DNA of 64,000 bases from Rhizaria sp. SCN 62-66 (Eukaryota): positions 1-64,000 of the forward strand of contig MEDY01000015.1 of NCBI GenBank assembly GCA_001724265.1, given 5' to 3'. Positions 1-11,084 of this stretch are shown here, piece by piece (position 1 is the first letter of the stretch; every line of letters begins with the position of its first letter). The notes beneath the pieces were generated by a model, which saw only the letters and a program-made list of their open reading frames with translations, did not search any database and had not been told where the DNA came from. A program made the translations under genes and the position numbers.

Positions 1-379
1 AGAAGATCTTGTTGGCCTCGCTCTGGGTGAGTCCGTGGCGCTTGGTGACGAGCGCGCGCTCCTGCTGCTCCGTGACCTCGATCTGGTCCAGGATAGCCAC
101 AGCCTGCGCGGACAGAGCCTCAGTCGTCACCTGGGAGTCGGCCTCAAGCGCAGAGTGGTGAAGATCGAGCTTCGCGAAGAACTCACGGTCCTCAGACGCC
201 GACTGGGGCAGGAGGTTGAGGGGGATACGACTCGAGCGATGCTGGGCGATTGGCTGCTCAGCAGAGGGCTCGTCGATGTACTCAACCTCAGCGAACTCCT
301 GCGGCGACGCCACAGGAGACGCAAGTGCTGTGGCGGCAAACAAGACCACCAACAGCAGGACCGACACCAAAACTTTCAT
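1..379 (-). CDS. Secreted precursor protein, N-terminal part (runs off window start)
   Basis: Hand translation from ATG at 379: MKVLVSVLLLVVLFAATALA|SPVASPQEFAEVEYIDEPSAEQ...ERALVTKRHGLTQSEANKIF. Open for 126 codons to the edge, with a classic signal peptide and strong GC3 bias. Absent from the ORF track because no stop lies inside the window. Confidence 0.8.
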   Translation of the reverse strand, partial: MKVLVSVLLLVVLFAATALASPVASPQEFAEVEYIDEPSAEQPIAQHRSSRIPLNLLPQSASEDREFFAKLDLHHSALEADSQVTTEALSAQAVAILDQIEVTEQQERALVTKRHGLTQSEANKIF

Positions 380-1509
380 TCTGGCGGGGAGGCCCACACT
401 GCAGGGACGGTCAGAGCGAAAAAAAATATGCAATGAAGAAGTGAGGGCTTTGAGAAGCTATTGCGTGAATTTCGAGAGTATGCGCAGCTGTTTGGGATTT
501 TTTTAAAGCTATCTGCCCCATAACAAATGCATCGCGATTGCCCCTGCTGGGATGAGTTTGGCAAAGGAGAGGACTTGCAATGTCCTCTCTGAGCTTCACA
601 TTGAAGAGCCATAACTGACTCTAATAAGGATTCCTGGGAATGACGTTGAAATATAATATAATAGAGACACAAATATAATGCAGAAGTATACTGTAATTTC
701 CACTGAACGTTGTATTAGGTCTTTACTGTCGTCCAAAAGAATAGCTTCACAGGGCTTCTTCGGTCGGCTTTTTTGCGAACCAGGAGGATCGCTAATAGCT
801 GGTCAACAGTGATAAAAGCAACTATGAACTGCACGAGATAGGCTGATATGGCTCAAATGACGCGTATGAGAAGCATGCTATGGCTGTCACATGCATTATT
901 TACTTTTTAATTGTCGACTGGGGACGATGTATCATAAACATGCGTCCATTGTGAGCCGACTGACAAGCGCATCAACACCATTGTTTACATTGTAATGCAC
1001 GCATTTCGCATTAAATAAAGCTTGAACCGCTGAATAAACTGCGCGGACGTTAGTTTTATGTCGTTAATTTGGTTTAAAGTCTGGTGATGCTCTAAGTCTT
1101 GGGGTTACTCAGGAATTGGCAAACGATTCAGTCCTTATTGAGGATATCATGGCATATATAATCATATCGCGAAAATAAAAACGGCTTTATGACAACTAAA
1201 ATGTGTGTTTATATACAATGTGGGAGCGAGATTCCAATATATCAGTGTTTGACCAAACAACATGCGATATAGTGCAGTTTGAACACACAGTGAACCGCAA
1301 CAGCCACACACTTCCGCACCGCGCTGCTCTTCTTTCAAGACACTGTAGTACCTTAGTACATCCGTCAATAGGACAATGAGAGCACCCCAGGTTTTTCAAC
1401 ACTATAATGTAGTGTTTCATTTGCTTTATTATCACACTACACACTATTATGTATCTCTCGCTCTCTGAATGCGCACTCACTTCGTTCTATCTTCTACCCG
1501 CAGCGCTGT

Positions 1510-3828
1510 ATGTCTTCCACTGACGCAACAGCGCTGTCTACCACTCTCCCGGAGAGCACCACCGCTACCACACTCGTGGTCCCGGCTTCCGCAATTGTAA
1601 CAGCCATGGATGACACCTCTGTCACCCCTGCCGACGCCGACACCGACGCCGACGCCGAGGCTGCTTCGTCCTCCGCTCCCACGCGCGCTTCTCGCGGCGT
1701 TCCGACCCCCGAAATGCTTGCTGCAGCACAGGCCGAAATCATTGAGATGGAAACCACCGCGCGTGCCGCCTTGGAGAAGTACTGGGTAACCGCGCCTCCG
1801 TCGACAATGCTCTGGTACGCCGGTGACCCCAGCTTCAAGTACTGGGACTTTCGCCTCCCCGAGACCGAAGCGCTGGCGGATGTTGTCTGCGCTCCGGGCC
1901 GTGTCCGTCTCCCGGCGGCCGCGCAACCGTATAAGCGGTACCAGTTCTCCTTCCTCGACGTCACTGACGCGGAGGCCAAGACCATCGCTGAGCGGTCCGT
2001 CACAATCCGCGGCGCGTACCACTGCCACGCGCGCGCGACGTCCCTTGACGCGCTGCTCGCGACTCTCCGCTCTGCGTCCCCAGAGGCCCTCGCGCCGCTG
2101 ACAACAGCGGAGAGCTACCGCTTCAACGTCGACGCCCTGAACCGCACGTGCCCGCTGGACGAGAAGCGGCGTGTGCGCGAAGCGGTCCGCGGCGCGCTGC
2201 CGCCGATGCAGGGCGCGCTGGAGCTTGAGCGCCCCGCCGCGGATATTCTCATTCTAGCCGAGTACATTTCGCACGATTCGGCCGACTCTCAGAACGTGCG
2301 GTCATGTTTCACCCGTGTCGAGCGTACTCCGATTGCGTACTACCTCCTCACACTCGTGGCGCGGCCGGAGGCGTTCTACACCAAGTACGAGCTCGCCGCG
2401 CGGCCGTACATCGGCCCCACGTCGACAGACGCGCCGTTGGCGTTCATGATGAGCACGTTCGCACGCGTTACACCGCAAAGCTACGTGTATGACCCTTTTG
2501 TTGGCACTGGTTCGATCATTCTCTCCGCAGCGGTGTACGGCGCTGCGACTGTGGGCCAGGACCTCGACTGGAAGGTGATTTCCGGCCGCATGAAGAATAA
2601 CCAGGCGACGATTTTCGACAATTTCGCTTTTTACGGTCTCCCGCGGCCGGAGCTCGTCTGCGGTGACGTCGCCCAGCCTATCTGGGCCTGGGGCCGTGGT
2701 TCCGGCAGCGAAAACAAGCCGCACCAGCAGCCTCGATTCGACGCGATTGTGTGCGACCCGCCGTATGGCATCCGCGCCGGTGCGCGGCGGCTGGGACGCA
2801 CCCGTGTGAAGCCGGAGGAGATGGCGGCGGCGATCGAAGTGGCGGCGCGCAGTGGGACGAAGCTCATGCTGGATACGCAGGGACTGGACTCTGACCGTGG
2901 CTGTAGTTTGACTGGGAAGGGAGCCGAGTCGTCTGATTCGAAGACTGACTCTAAGACTGAGAGTGCGACAGCGGCTGCGACGGAGACTGCGGCACATGCG
3001 AGCAAGCCCGAGACTGTGACCAAGAAGAAGACTTTATTCAATCTTTCTGCCGCGACCGCGAGCACCATCGTCGCGCCCGCTGCGCCAGCGCCCCGGTCCG
3101 CAGATGCTGCCGCAGCCTTTCGTGCAGTCGCCGCCGCATCCGGTGCGATCGCGTCCGGCTCCGTGTTCGTTGAAGGCATGGCGCCGTACGTACCTCTGAC
3201 TGAGGTGTACCCGATGCAGGAGGTGATTTACGATTTGCTTCAGCTCGCCGCGCAGGCACTCGTGACTGGGGGACGCGTGTGTTACCTGATCCCGACTCCG
3301 CGTCACGGGTTCGACGGCGATTCGCTGCCGCACCACCCGTGTCTGCGCCCTGTTTACAACTGCAACCAGATTCTCCAGGGTTACTACACGCGCCGCGCTG
3401 TGACGCTCGAGAAGGTGGTTGACTACGACCGCGGCAACGCTGAGCACAAGCAGTGGGCGACGCGAATGCGCGCCGAGCCGGTGCCGCGGTGGGCGGATAT
3501 GAACGAGCTTGTGCCGAAGCCCAACGGTCAGCTGCGTGGCAATGGCAAGCCTTTCCTGTCGCGCGCGCAACGGGATGAGCGGCGGCGTGAGCGTGAGGAG
3601 CAGGGCTTGCCGGTGACGCAGCGTAAGGCGCAGCAGCCGAGCAGGCGCGCGCGCAAGGCTGCCGCCGCCGCCGCCGTTGCCGCTGCTGCTGGTGCTGGTG
3701 CTGCAGGTGCCACTGTTGGTGAGGCTCAGACCGGTGCGGCGACTGAGACCGGTGTCGGCCAGAGTGAGAGTGCTAACAGGGCGCGCAGTGATAGTGAGGG
3801 CTCTGACGTCCAGCTGTCCGCGCAGTGA
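1510..3828 (+). CDS. TRM11: tRNA (guanine-10-N2)-methyltransferase TRM11/TRMT11
   Basis: N-terminal DFRLPE, a THUMP-like region, RPYIGPTSTD, SAM motif YDPFVGTGS, catalytic FDAIVCDPPYGIR and C-terminal GGRVCYLIP. 772 aa with Ala-rich inserts; ends TGA. A CAG at 1501-1503 after a pyrimidine tract suggests a possible upstream intron. Confidence 0.93.
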   Translation: MSSTDATALSTTLPESTTATTLVVPASAIVTAMDDTSVTPADADTDADAEAASSSAPTRASRGVPTPEMLAAAQAEIIEMETTARAALEKYWVTAPPSTMLWYAGDPSFKYWDFRLPETEALADVVCAPGRVRLPAAAQPYKRYQFSFLDVTDAEAKTIAERSVTIRGAYHCHARATSLDALLATLRSASPEALAPLTTAESYRFNVDALNRTCPLDEKRRVREAVRGALPPMQGALELERPAADILILAEYISHDSADSQNVRSCFTRVERTPIAYYLLTLVARPEAFYTKYELAARPYIGPTSTDAPLAFMMSTFARVTPQSYVYDPFVGTGSIILSAAVYGAATVGQDLDWKVISGRMKNNQATIFDNFAFYGLPRPELVCGDVAQPIWAWGRGSGSENKPHQQPRFDAIVCDPPYGIRAGARRLGRTRVKPEEMAAAIEVAARSGTKLMLDTQGLDSDRGCSLTGKGAESSDSKTDSKTESATAAATETAAHASKPETVTKKKTLFNLSAATASTIVAPAAPAPRSADAAAAFRAVAAASGAIASGSVFVEGMAPYVPLTEVYPMQEVIYDLLQLAAQALVTGGRVCYLIPTPRHGFDGDSLPHHPCLRPVYNCNQILQGYYTRRAVTLEKVVDYDRGNAEHKQWATRMRAEPVPRWADMNELVPKPNGQLRGNGKPFLSRAQRDERRREREEQGLPVTQRKAQQPSRRARKAAAAAAVAAAAGAGAAGATVGEAQTGAATETGVGQSESANRARSDSEGSDVQLSAQ

Positions 3829-4040
3829 GTGGGTGATAACTATGAGCTTCGTCGTGAGCGCGCACGCACTGACGAGATTACACTTCAGAGATGAATGGTC
3901 TTGAATACCATTACTTTACATAGCCTCGTTCTCGTCTTTGTTTTCCGTTATTATTCAAAATAAATTTACTTTATTCACGAAATGTTGCCATTCTAAAGTC
4001 TCTGTAAATGATATTGCGTCTATATAAACTCGTGATTGTT

Positions 4041-7000
4041 TTAGCCCTTTGAAAGCTTGACGAGCGTGGCCTGCAGAGGCGACATAAGCCCCGTCTGCGA
4101 CACATTCGCAGCCCACGCCCCCACCACAGTGCCCGTCGTCCCCAGCGACGCCGACGTCGTTGATGTCACTCCACCACCGCCTCCTCCAGCGCCCCCAGCA
4201 GCCACCCCGGCTACAGCCTCCGCGGCCGCCGCTGCATCGGCGTCATCACCGAGCGGAATCGCCCTGCTCATCACGGACCCAATGCCCCACTCCTGCAGCA
4301 ACGGCAGGAACGCGTTGGCACCCGTCGCGCTGTCCGCCACCGCCGCCTCGGCCGCCGCGCGCCGCCGCCGCTCCGCCCAGGCCTCCATCCCTTGCGGCAC
4401 ACCCGCGGACGCGGGAGCCGCCGCCGCCGCCGCCGCGGCCGCGACTGGGCGGTGAAGCGGGTGCGCGGCGAGCTGAGGCGCAACTGTGGCGGCGCCGGAC
4501 CACGCAGTAAGCGCAGCGAGGCCAACGGCGGAGGCTGTGGACAGAGTGCGCGCGCGGGAGGCTGCGGCGGCGTAGCGGGCGAGCGCAGAGCCCACTGCGA
4601 GTGCCACAGCGGGCGGTGCCGGCTTACGGTCGCCTGCGACAGCGGCAGTTGTCGCTTTCGCTGCAGTTGATGCAGTGGCAGGCTTCGAGTCAGTCTCAGC
4701 AGTCTTTGGTAAAGCCTTCGCGGTCGCAGTCGCTGCGTTGGTAGTGACATTGGCGGAGGGAGAATCAGTGTAAATGTCACTGTTCGCGATAGAATGTGCG
4801 AGATCAGCAGCCTCTTGCGCGCTTAGAGCGTTCGCGTTGATAGCCTTAAGCGCATTCTCTGCTGTCGGCAAATCCGCACCAAGCGCAAGCCTCGAGAACG
4901 CAAACGACGGACCCAAAGCCCCGGCTGCTGGTGTGTCAGAAGAAACAGCAGCATGAGAGCGCGCGCTTGCTGTGGAAGCGATGGCAGATGTTGCTGAGTC
5001 AGCACTGATGTCGCCACTGTGCCAATTCGGCGGCACATGCGGCGGGGCAGGGAAAAGAGAAAACAGAGGGTGTTCATCTTCATACCACTCGCGGTCACGA
5101 CCCCCCGCCTCCGCCATAGTAGCCGTGCTGTCACCGCCCCCGTGCATCACCGCAGTCGCGGCAGTGCTCAGAGCGCTCGTGCTGCTGTTGGTGGAGTCGA
5201 ATCTGCGCCACTCCCCTTCCGCATCGCCGCCGCCGCCGCCGCCGCCGCCGATGCCGCCGATGCCGCCGGTGAGGCTGCGCCGCGCCGCTGAGGGCGAGAG
5301 CGATGCCATCGGCGGCACAGCGGCCTTCGCGGCTGAGGCGGCGGCGGCTGCTGCGTGGTGTGACCGGCGGACAGCGGCTGAGGGCGAGTTTGACAGCGTA
5401 TCGAGCTCGGCCTCACCTGTGGGCGCCGCGGCCAGTGCGGCGAGAGCGCCGCCACACGCGGCCGCTGTGGCCGACCGCCAGTCAGAATCCTCGGTCGACT
5501 CACCCTCTGCAGTATGATGCAGGCCGTAAGAGGAGCCAATGCTAGCGGCGTTGCTGTCGTTGCGCGCCTCTGCTTCGAGCAAGTACGCGGCGAAATGAAG
5601 CAACGGGGGGACAGTGTCACTCGGCAACGCTTCGATCACACTCGCATTAACGGCGGAGACCGTCGAGTCAGACTGGGAAGACGCTGGGGCCGAGTCTGAT
5701 GTTGGCTCTGCGGCGCTTGCCGAATCTGCGGTCGTTGCCGCGGATGCCGTGACAGTGCCGCGAGACAGTGAGAGCGAGCCGCTCCGAGCAGCGGCCTCGA
5801 TGGCGCGGGCAGCGGCTGCCACGGCTGGTGGGGCGAGCAGCTCAGCACCACTCACCATCACAGCCTCAGGTGCGGCGCCATTAGTGCCGTTAGCGAGATT
5901 CCCCAAGTCAGAGGTGAGCAAGCTCGTGTTTGAGGCCACCTTAGCCTTGTTGCTTGCAATCGCAGCGAGGGCTGCTGCGAGAGCAGCGGGATCAACCCAT
6001 CCATTTTGACTTTCGCCTTCCTCTTTGCTCTCATTGCTCACAGCCACGCGCGCATGTGCGGCGGCATTAGAGATATTTGCCGTGGAAACGGGGATCGAGA
6101 GCGGAGTCGCAAGGTATTGCGCGAGCAAATTCGGGGCAGCGACTGGCGGCAACACACCGAACTGGCCTGCACCGCGCGCGCGCCGCAGGACAAGCGCGGG
6201 CACGACTGTGGGCGCGGGTGCGGGGCGCGCGTGAAGAGTGACGGCGGACGCGGAGGCGGTGATAGTGCATTGAAGCTCCGCGTAGCCAGAGCGTGAAAAC
6301 AGTGTTGGCGACTAAACAGGAGTTACAAAACATGACGAAAAAGTGGGGGTATAGATTTGAGTCAAAATTGCAATAAAGTAATGCGAATGATGAATAAATT
6401 GTCATTATTATTTCATTGTTTTTGTTTTCTTTTGAGTCGTACCTCGTCGATTTGACCGGGGCGCGCGTAGCATAGCGCGCCCGCAACGGCCCCACACTCT
6501 TCCTGTGACGCAAACAAAAGAACTTGCGAGCCCACCGTCATTCCGGCGAGCGCCGCGGCGACGACAGCGGGCGACGCCAGCTCCAGCGCCTGCGTACGCA
6601 TCAGCCCCGCGAACCCAGCCGCTGTGACCGCGCTATCGCCGTAGCTGGCGGCGATGCCGTTCGCGCTTGAGCCCGCGTTGGGGCGCCGTAAGTACGACGC
6701 CGTGGCGGTGCCTTCGACAGTCGGTGCAAACACCGCCACGCGGCGTCCGCACGGCCGCGCAGTGTCCATGCGCTTCGCGAGCCGCGCACAGAGCGAATCC
6801 AGCCGCGCGCGACTGGCCTTGAGGAAAACCGGCGCCGCGGCGGCCGCGGCGGCTGTGGCAGCTGCGGCAGCGGCTGCGGCGGCCGCGGCTTCGGCGGCGA
6901 GAATGCCCGGCCCTCCGTGTGCCCGCGCGGCCTCGGCGGCTTTGGCGGCTTCAGCGGCCGCGGCGGCTGCGGCGGCTGCGGCGCGGGCCAAGGCGGGCGC

Positions 7001-8848
7001 CGGTGCCGCCACGCGCTTGAGCTGACCGGGGACTAAGAAGCACGTCACATGGGCGTGCGTCGCGTGGTCAGCCGCAAAAGATCGCGACAAGAGCACTGTG
7101 AATGAACGCCGTGCGGGGTCAGTCGGCAGGGAGGACATGACGCCGAGCCAGCGGTCACCGCGCAACGCCGCCGCGGCAGCGAGCAACGCAGTAGGTTCGC
7201 TGTCCGCATCGTCAGCGCTATGATAATGCGAGTGCGCGCTATTATTACTCTTGTTAGTAATTACAGTGTTAGGAGAGGAAATTAAAGCGCCGCCAGCGGA
7301 TGCGACAGTGGCCGTGGGCGCGGCACAGCTGTTTGACAGCGAGAGCGTTGCTGTGCCGGCCAAAGTGTCGAATGTCTCAATCACAGCGAATTCAAGCACG
7401 GTGGCGTTGTCGACCCGTGGCAGGGTGACTGTGCTAACGACACGCACGAGCACACCGCTCTCAGTCGCACCACCTCTACTGCTGCTGCTGCTAGAATTTG
7501 CATTATCTCCCCTGCTATCAGGCAGTGCAAGTGTATTGCCGTCACGCGGGCTCTTATGGGTCGCATCTGACGCGCTTGCATCACCGTCGCCGTCGCCGTC
7601 AGCAGGACTGTTATCGCTCCCTTGTGTGAAATCACCACGAGGGCCCCTGACCGCCGCCGCTACTCTCGGTGAAGCCACGGCTCTTAACGCAGTTGCGACT
7701 GGCGAGGCGAGCGCCGAGCTCGATTTTGAAGCTAGGCCGCCCGGCAGTGAGTACACATTGCCGAACACGGCGTCCTCTTTGCGCCTCTGCGTCGCCGCCA
7801 CGGCCGCCGTGGCCGCGGCAACGGCCGCTGGGGCGCTCGACCCGTGACCCGTGGCCGTCGCAGCCGCCGCTGCCGCCGCGGCCGCGAGCGCGGGATGGTC
7901 AAGCGCGTGACTCGGGGTCGGGGCGACGCAGACAGCGCGCTGGACGTCCGTGTCGAGACTGCAAAGCGCGGCGACAGCGTCTGTGATGACCGAGAGCTCC
8001 CCGACGATGACGGCCTTTTTGCGGTGGAGTAGCGACGACTGCAGAAGGGCGCGGATGACGCCCGCGCCGCCACCGCTGGGGGACCAGCCAGTCGCGCCGC
8101 CCGCCGCCGCGGCAGCCGCAGAAGCAGAAGCAGAGGCCGATGAAGTGCTGTTCGACTGCGTTGATGACTGTAGACTGATTGTGACCGCAGTATCAGGGCA
8201 GATTTGCGGGAAAGGCAAGACCGCGATCGGGCAGCCAATAGCCCTGTGTGCGGCAAGTAACAACGCCGTAGCGCGGCGTGTTGCGACGTCGCTTGTGATC
8301 GGCACGACGACGTCGCTGCCGGCGGCTGAGGAGACGAGCGAAAACGCGAGGTGTTTAGCAGTCTCGTGCGGGTCAGTCTGCTGTTGCTGTTGCTGTCCAA
8401 ACGGGTTAAACTGGGACTGTGGCGCCGCGGCAGAGGAGATGGGGAAGAAACGCAGCGTGGTGGAAAGGTGCGCAGTGAGCAGCGCGGGGAACTCAAGCGG
8501 CGACGCCGCCGAGAACGGTGCGCGTTGTGGCGTAAGGGCGGCTGCAGCATGCACTGCGGCGTGCGCGGCCGAGGTTGGAGACATGGGAGCCGCGTCAACA
8601 ATAGCGGCGGCGGCTGCGTCAGAGAAGGAGGAAGACTGCGAGACTGTGAGGACCAGAGGGCGAGGCGGGGACGGCGCGGCGACAGGACCCCATGATGATG
8701 TTACAGTTGCTACTGCAGTCGCAGTCGTTGCTCCCCCCGTCGTAGGGTGCTGTGCAGCAGGCTTGACGGGGGTGGAAAAGCCAGAGGTCGCAAAGACAGT
8801 CGGCCGGTGAGGTGCGCGCGGCTGCTGCGGCGGCTCTTGGGGGTCCAT
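4041..8848 (-). CDS. Two-exon Ala-rich protein (~1558 aa) with probable degenerate SF2/DEAD-box helicase-like fold
   Basis: Exons 8848-6443 and 6311-4041 join two long ORFs in phase 0 (GAG|GTACGA...TTTAG|TCG); ends TAA. Start at 8848 (MDPQEP) preferred; 8926 possible. Degenerate motifs in helicase order: RAVCVAPT, FAVIETFD, FTVLLSRSF, RRVAVFAPT, QVLLFAS, YARPGQ. Gene model is solid; function is inferred. Confidence 0.7.
6312..6442 (-). other. Spliceosomal intron, 131 nt, phase 0
   Basis: GTACGA...TTTAG; AT-rich; restores the frame between two long ORFs. Confidence 0.8.
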
Positions 8849-9603
8849 CTGGGTGAAGCAGGGTGGTGACTTGGCGATGGACAGCAAGTCACAGCAAGGC
8901 TGAGGGCAAGGGCGGGTAGAAGGCATAGATCAGCGAGTTAAGGAGTATTATTAGAGGGCCGCGTAGAAATCAGAGAGGAAATACGACAACTTGAAACCTA
9001 TATTCTCTTGACGGATCTATGACAACATATGGGATGCGCTTTGAACCTCCAAGACCGTTTTCGAGTCTCGATTTTTCGGTCCACCGTATTCGACCACGAT
9101 CGACCACAACACAGCGCGACCGAGCCAGAGCGATTCAACGGGCGTTGCTGGCAGACCGAGGAACTTTCAACGCAGCATATGACGGGAGGAGGACCAGAGT
9201 TAGCAGTGTTTGCCGGTATTCATACTCTTTGGTTTATTTGTGCGTTATTCCTTTTGTTTTCTTGTTGTGTGGCGTGCTATGCAGAGATATCTCGATGTTG
9301 CACTCGAGCACGCGGTTGTGACGCCCGATTCTTGGTTCTCCTCTTGTCGTTGGCTCACGCCCTCGTATGCAGCTCGAAACGTCCATATCTCTCTTTTTAT
9401 TGCCATTGCCACTGCGTTACCTCCTGAATATATGCTATTTTTTGCAGTAAAATGCATCTTCCCCGTGTTTGTCTCGTTGATGTGTTCCCTCAGCAGCCAA
9501 CGCCTCGTGCCATACCTCCCTTTCGCTCTGCCCCTTCACTCACCTCCCCTTTCCGCTCCTTTCACCCTCTTTTGGTATCTCCGCCTCACCCCACAGTTCC
9601 GCA

Positions 9604-11084
9604 ATGGCTGACGTTGCTGACAAGAAGAGCGCCGACGCGGCTGCGGCCGACGCCGCCGCCGCCAAGTCGTCCAAGAAGAAGCGTGATCACGAGGTCCACC
9701 CGGATGAGGAGTCTGAGTTCCCCTGGGGCAAGGTCGAGCGCAAGAAGGGCGAGGTTGACCAGGTCCACGCCTTCAAGGTCTTCGGCACCAAGTACGTCTC
9801 TTTTTTCCCCCAACCGCGCTCATTCTCCCTCAACTGCTCTCTCTCTCGCTCTTGTGCTTCAAACACGCCCTTCTCATATCACTTACTTGACTCTCTCACT
9901 CTCTTGCTCACTGTCGCATATCGCTCTAACGCTTATCTTTGCTTTCTCACGCCCACTCTAGGTTTGTGATCGACGCGCGCTACGTGCCGTCTAAGGGCAT
10001 CGGCCGCGGCGCGTATGGCGTCGTCGTCTCCGCCGTCGACGTCGACACCAACCACAAGGTTGCGATCAAGAAGATCCCCCGTCTGTTCCACGATCTCGTC
10101 GACGCCAAGCGCATTCTCCGCGAGATCAAGCTGCTGCGCCACTTCCGCCACGAGAACATTATCGGTCTCCGCGACCTCGCGCCCGCGTACGGCCCCTTTG
10201 AGGAGCTGTTCATCATCCTCGACTACATGGACACGGACCTCCACAAGATCATCTACTCGTCCAACTCACTGTCGGATGACCACGTGCAGTACTTCGTGTA
10301 CCAGATTCTGCGCGGTCTCAAGTACATCCACTCGGCGAACGTCATCCACCGTGATCTCAAGCCGTCGAACCTGCTGCTCAACGCCAATTGCCACCTTAAG
10401 ATCTGCGATTTCGGTCTCGCGCGCGGTTTCAAGGAGCAGGACTACATGACTGAGTACGTCGTCACCCGCTGGTACCGCGCACCTGAGATCATGTGTTCCT
10501 GCGAGGCGTACGACTTCAAGATCGATGTCTGGTCCACGGGCTGCATCCTCGCCGAGCTGCTGATGCGCAACCCTATCTTCCCCGGTGATGACTACAAGCA
10601 GCAGCTCAACCTCATCTTTAACATCATCGGCACCCCGACCAAGGAGGACATGTCGTGCATCACCAACGAGTACGCCCTGCAGTACATCAAGTCGCTCCCC
10701 GTGCGCGAGCCTGTCCCGCTGGCCAAGGTCGTCGGCAAGAAGGTCAACCCGCTCGCTCTCGACCTGCTTGAGAAGATGCTCACGTTCAATCCCAAGAAGC
10801 GTATCTCGGTCAACGAGGCCCTCGCGCACCCGTACCTCGCGGCGCTGCACGACCCCAAGATCGAGATCGTGTGCTCACAGCCGTGGGACCACGACTTCGA
10901 GAACGAGCTCATGGACAAGAACCTGACGAAGGAGGCGTTACAGGAGTTTATGTGGGATGAGATCTACAAGTTCCGCTCCCACCTGCGTGGTCGCGTCGGC
11001 AAGGGCCGCAGCACCAAGGCCGCTGAGGGCGACACAAAGGCGATCGAGAAGAACCTTGAGGACCTCTCCATCAGCAAGAAGTAA
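9604..11084 (+). CDS. Mitogen-activated protein kinase, ERK-like/TEY type (436 aa, 2 exons)
   Basis: Exons 9604-9791 and 9962-11084 give HAFKVFGTKFVIDARY. Motifs GRGAYGVV, VAIKK, HRDLKPSN, DFGLAR, MTEYVVTRWYRAPE and CD-domain-like LHDP; ends TAA. Confidence 0.97.
9792..9961 (+). other. Spliceosomal intron, 170 nt, phase 2
   Basis: GTACGT...CTCTAAC (branch-like)...CTCTAG; pyrimidine-rich. Confidence 0.9.

Noticed and set aside
35-436. 133-aa plus-strand ORF
   Set aside because: Antisense shadow of the minus-strand signal-peptide gene.
1376-1503. Possible 5-codon first exon (MRAPQ) spliced in frame to TRM11
   Set aside because: The frame fits, but donor GTTTTT does not match the GTA donors seen elsewhere; left unannotated.
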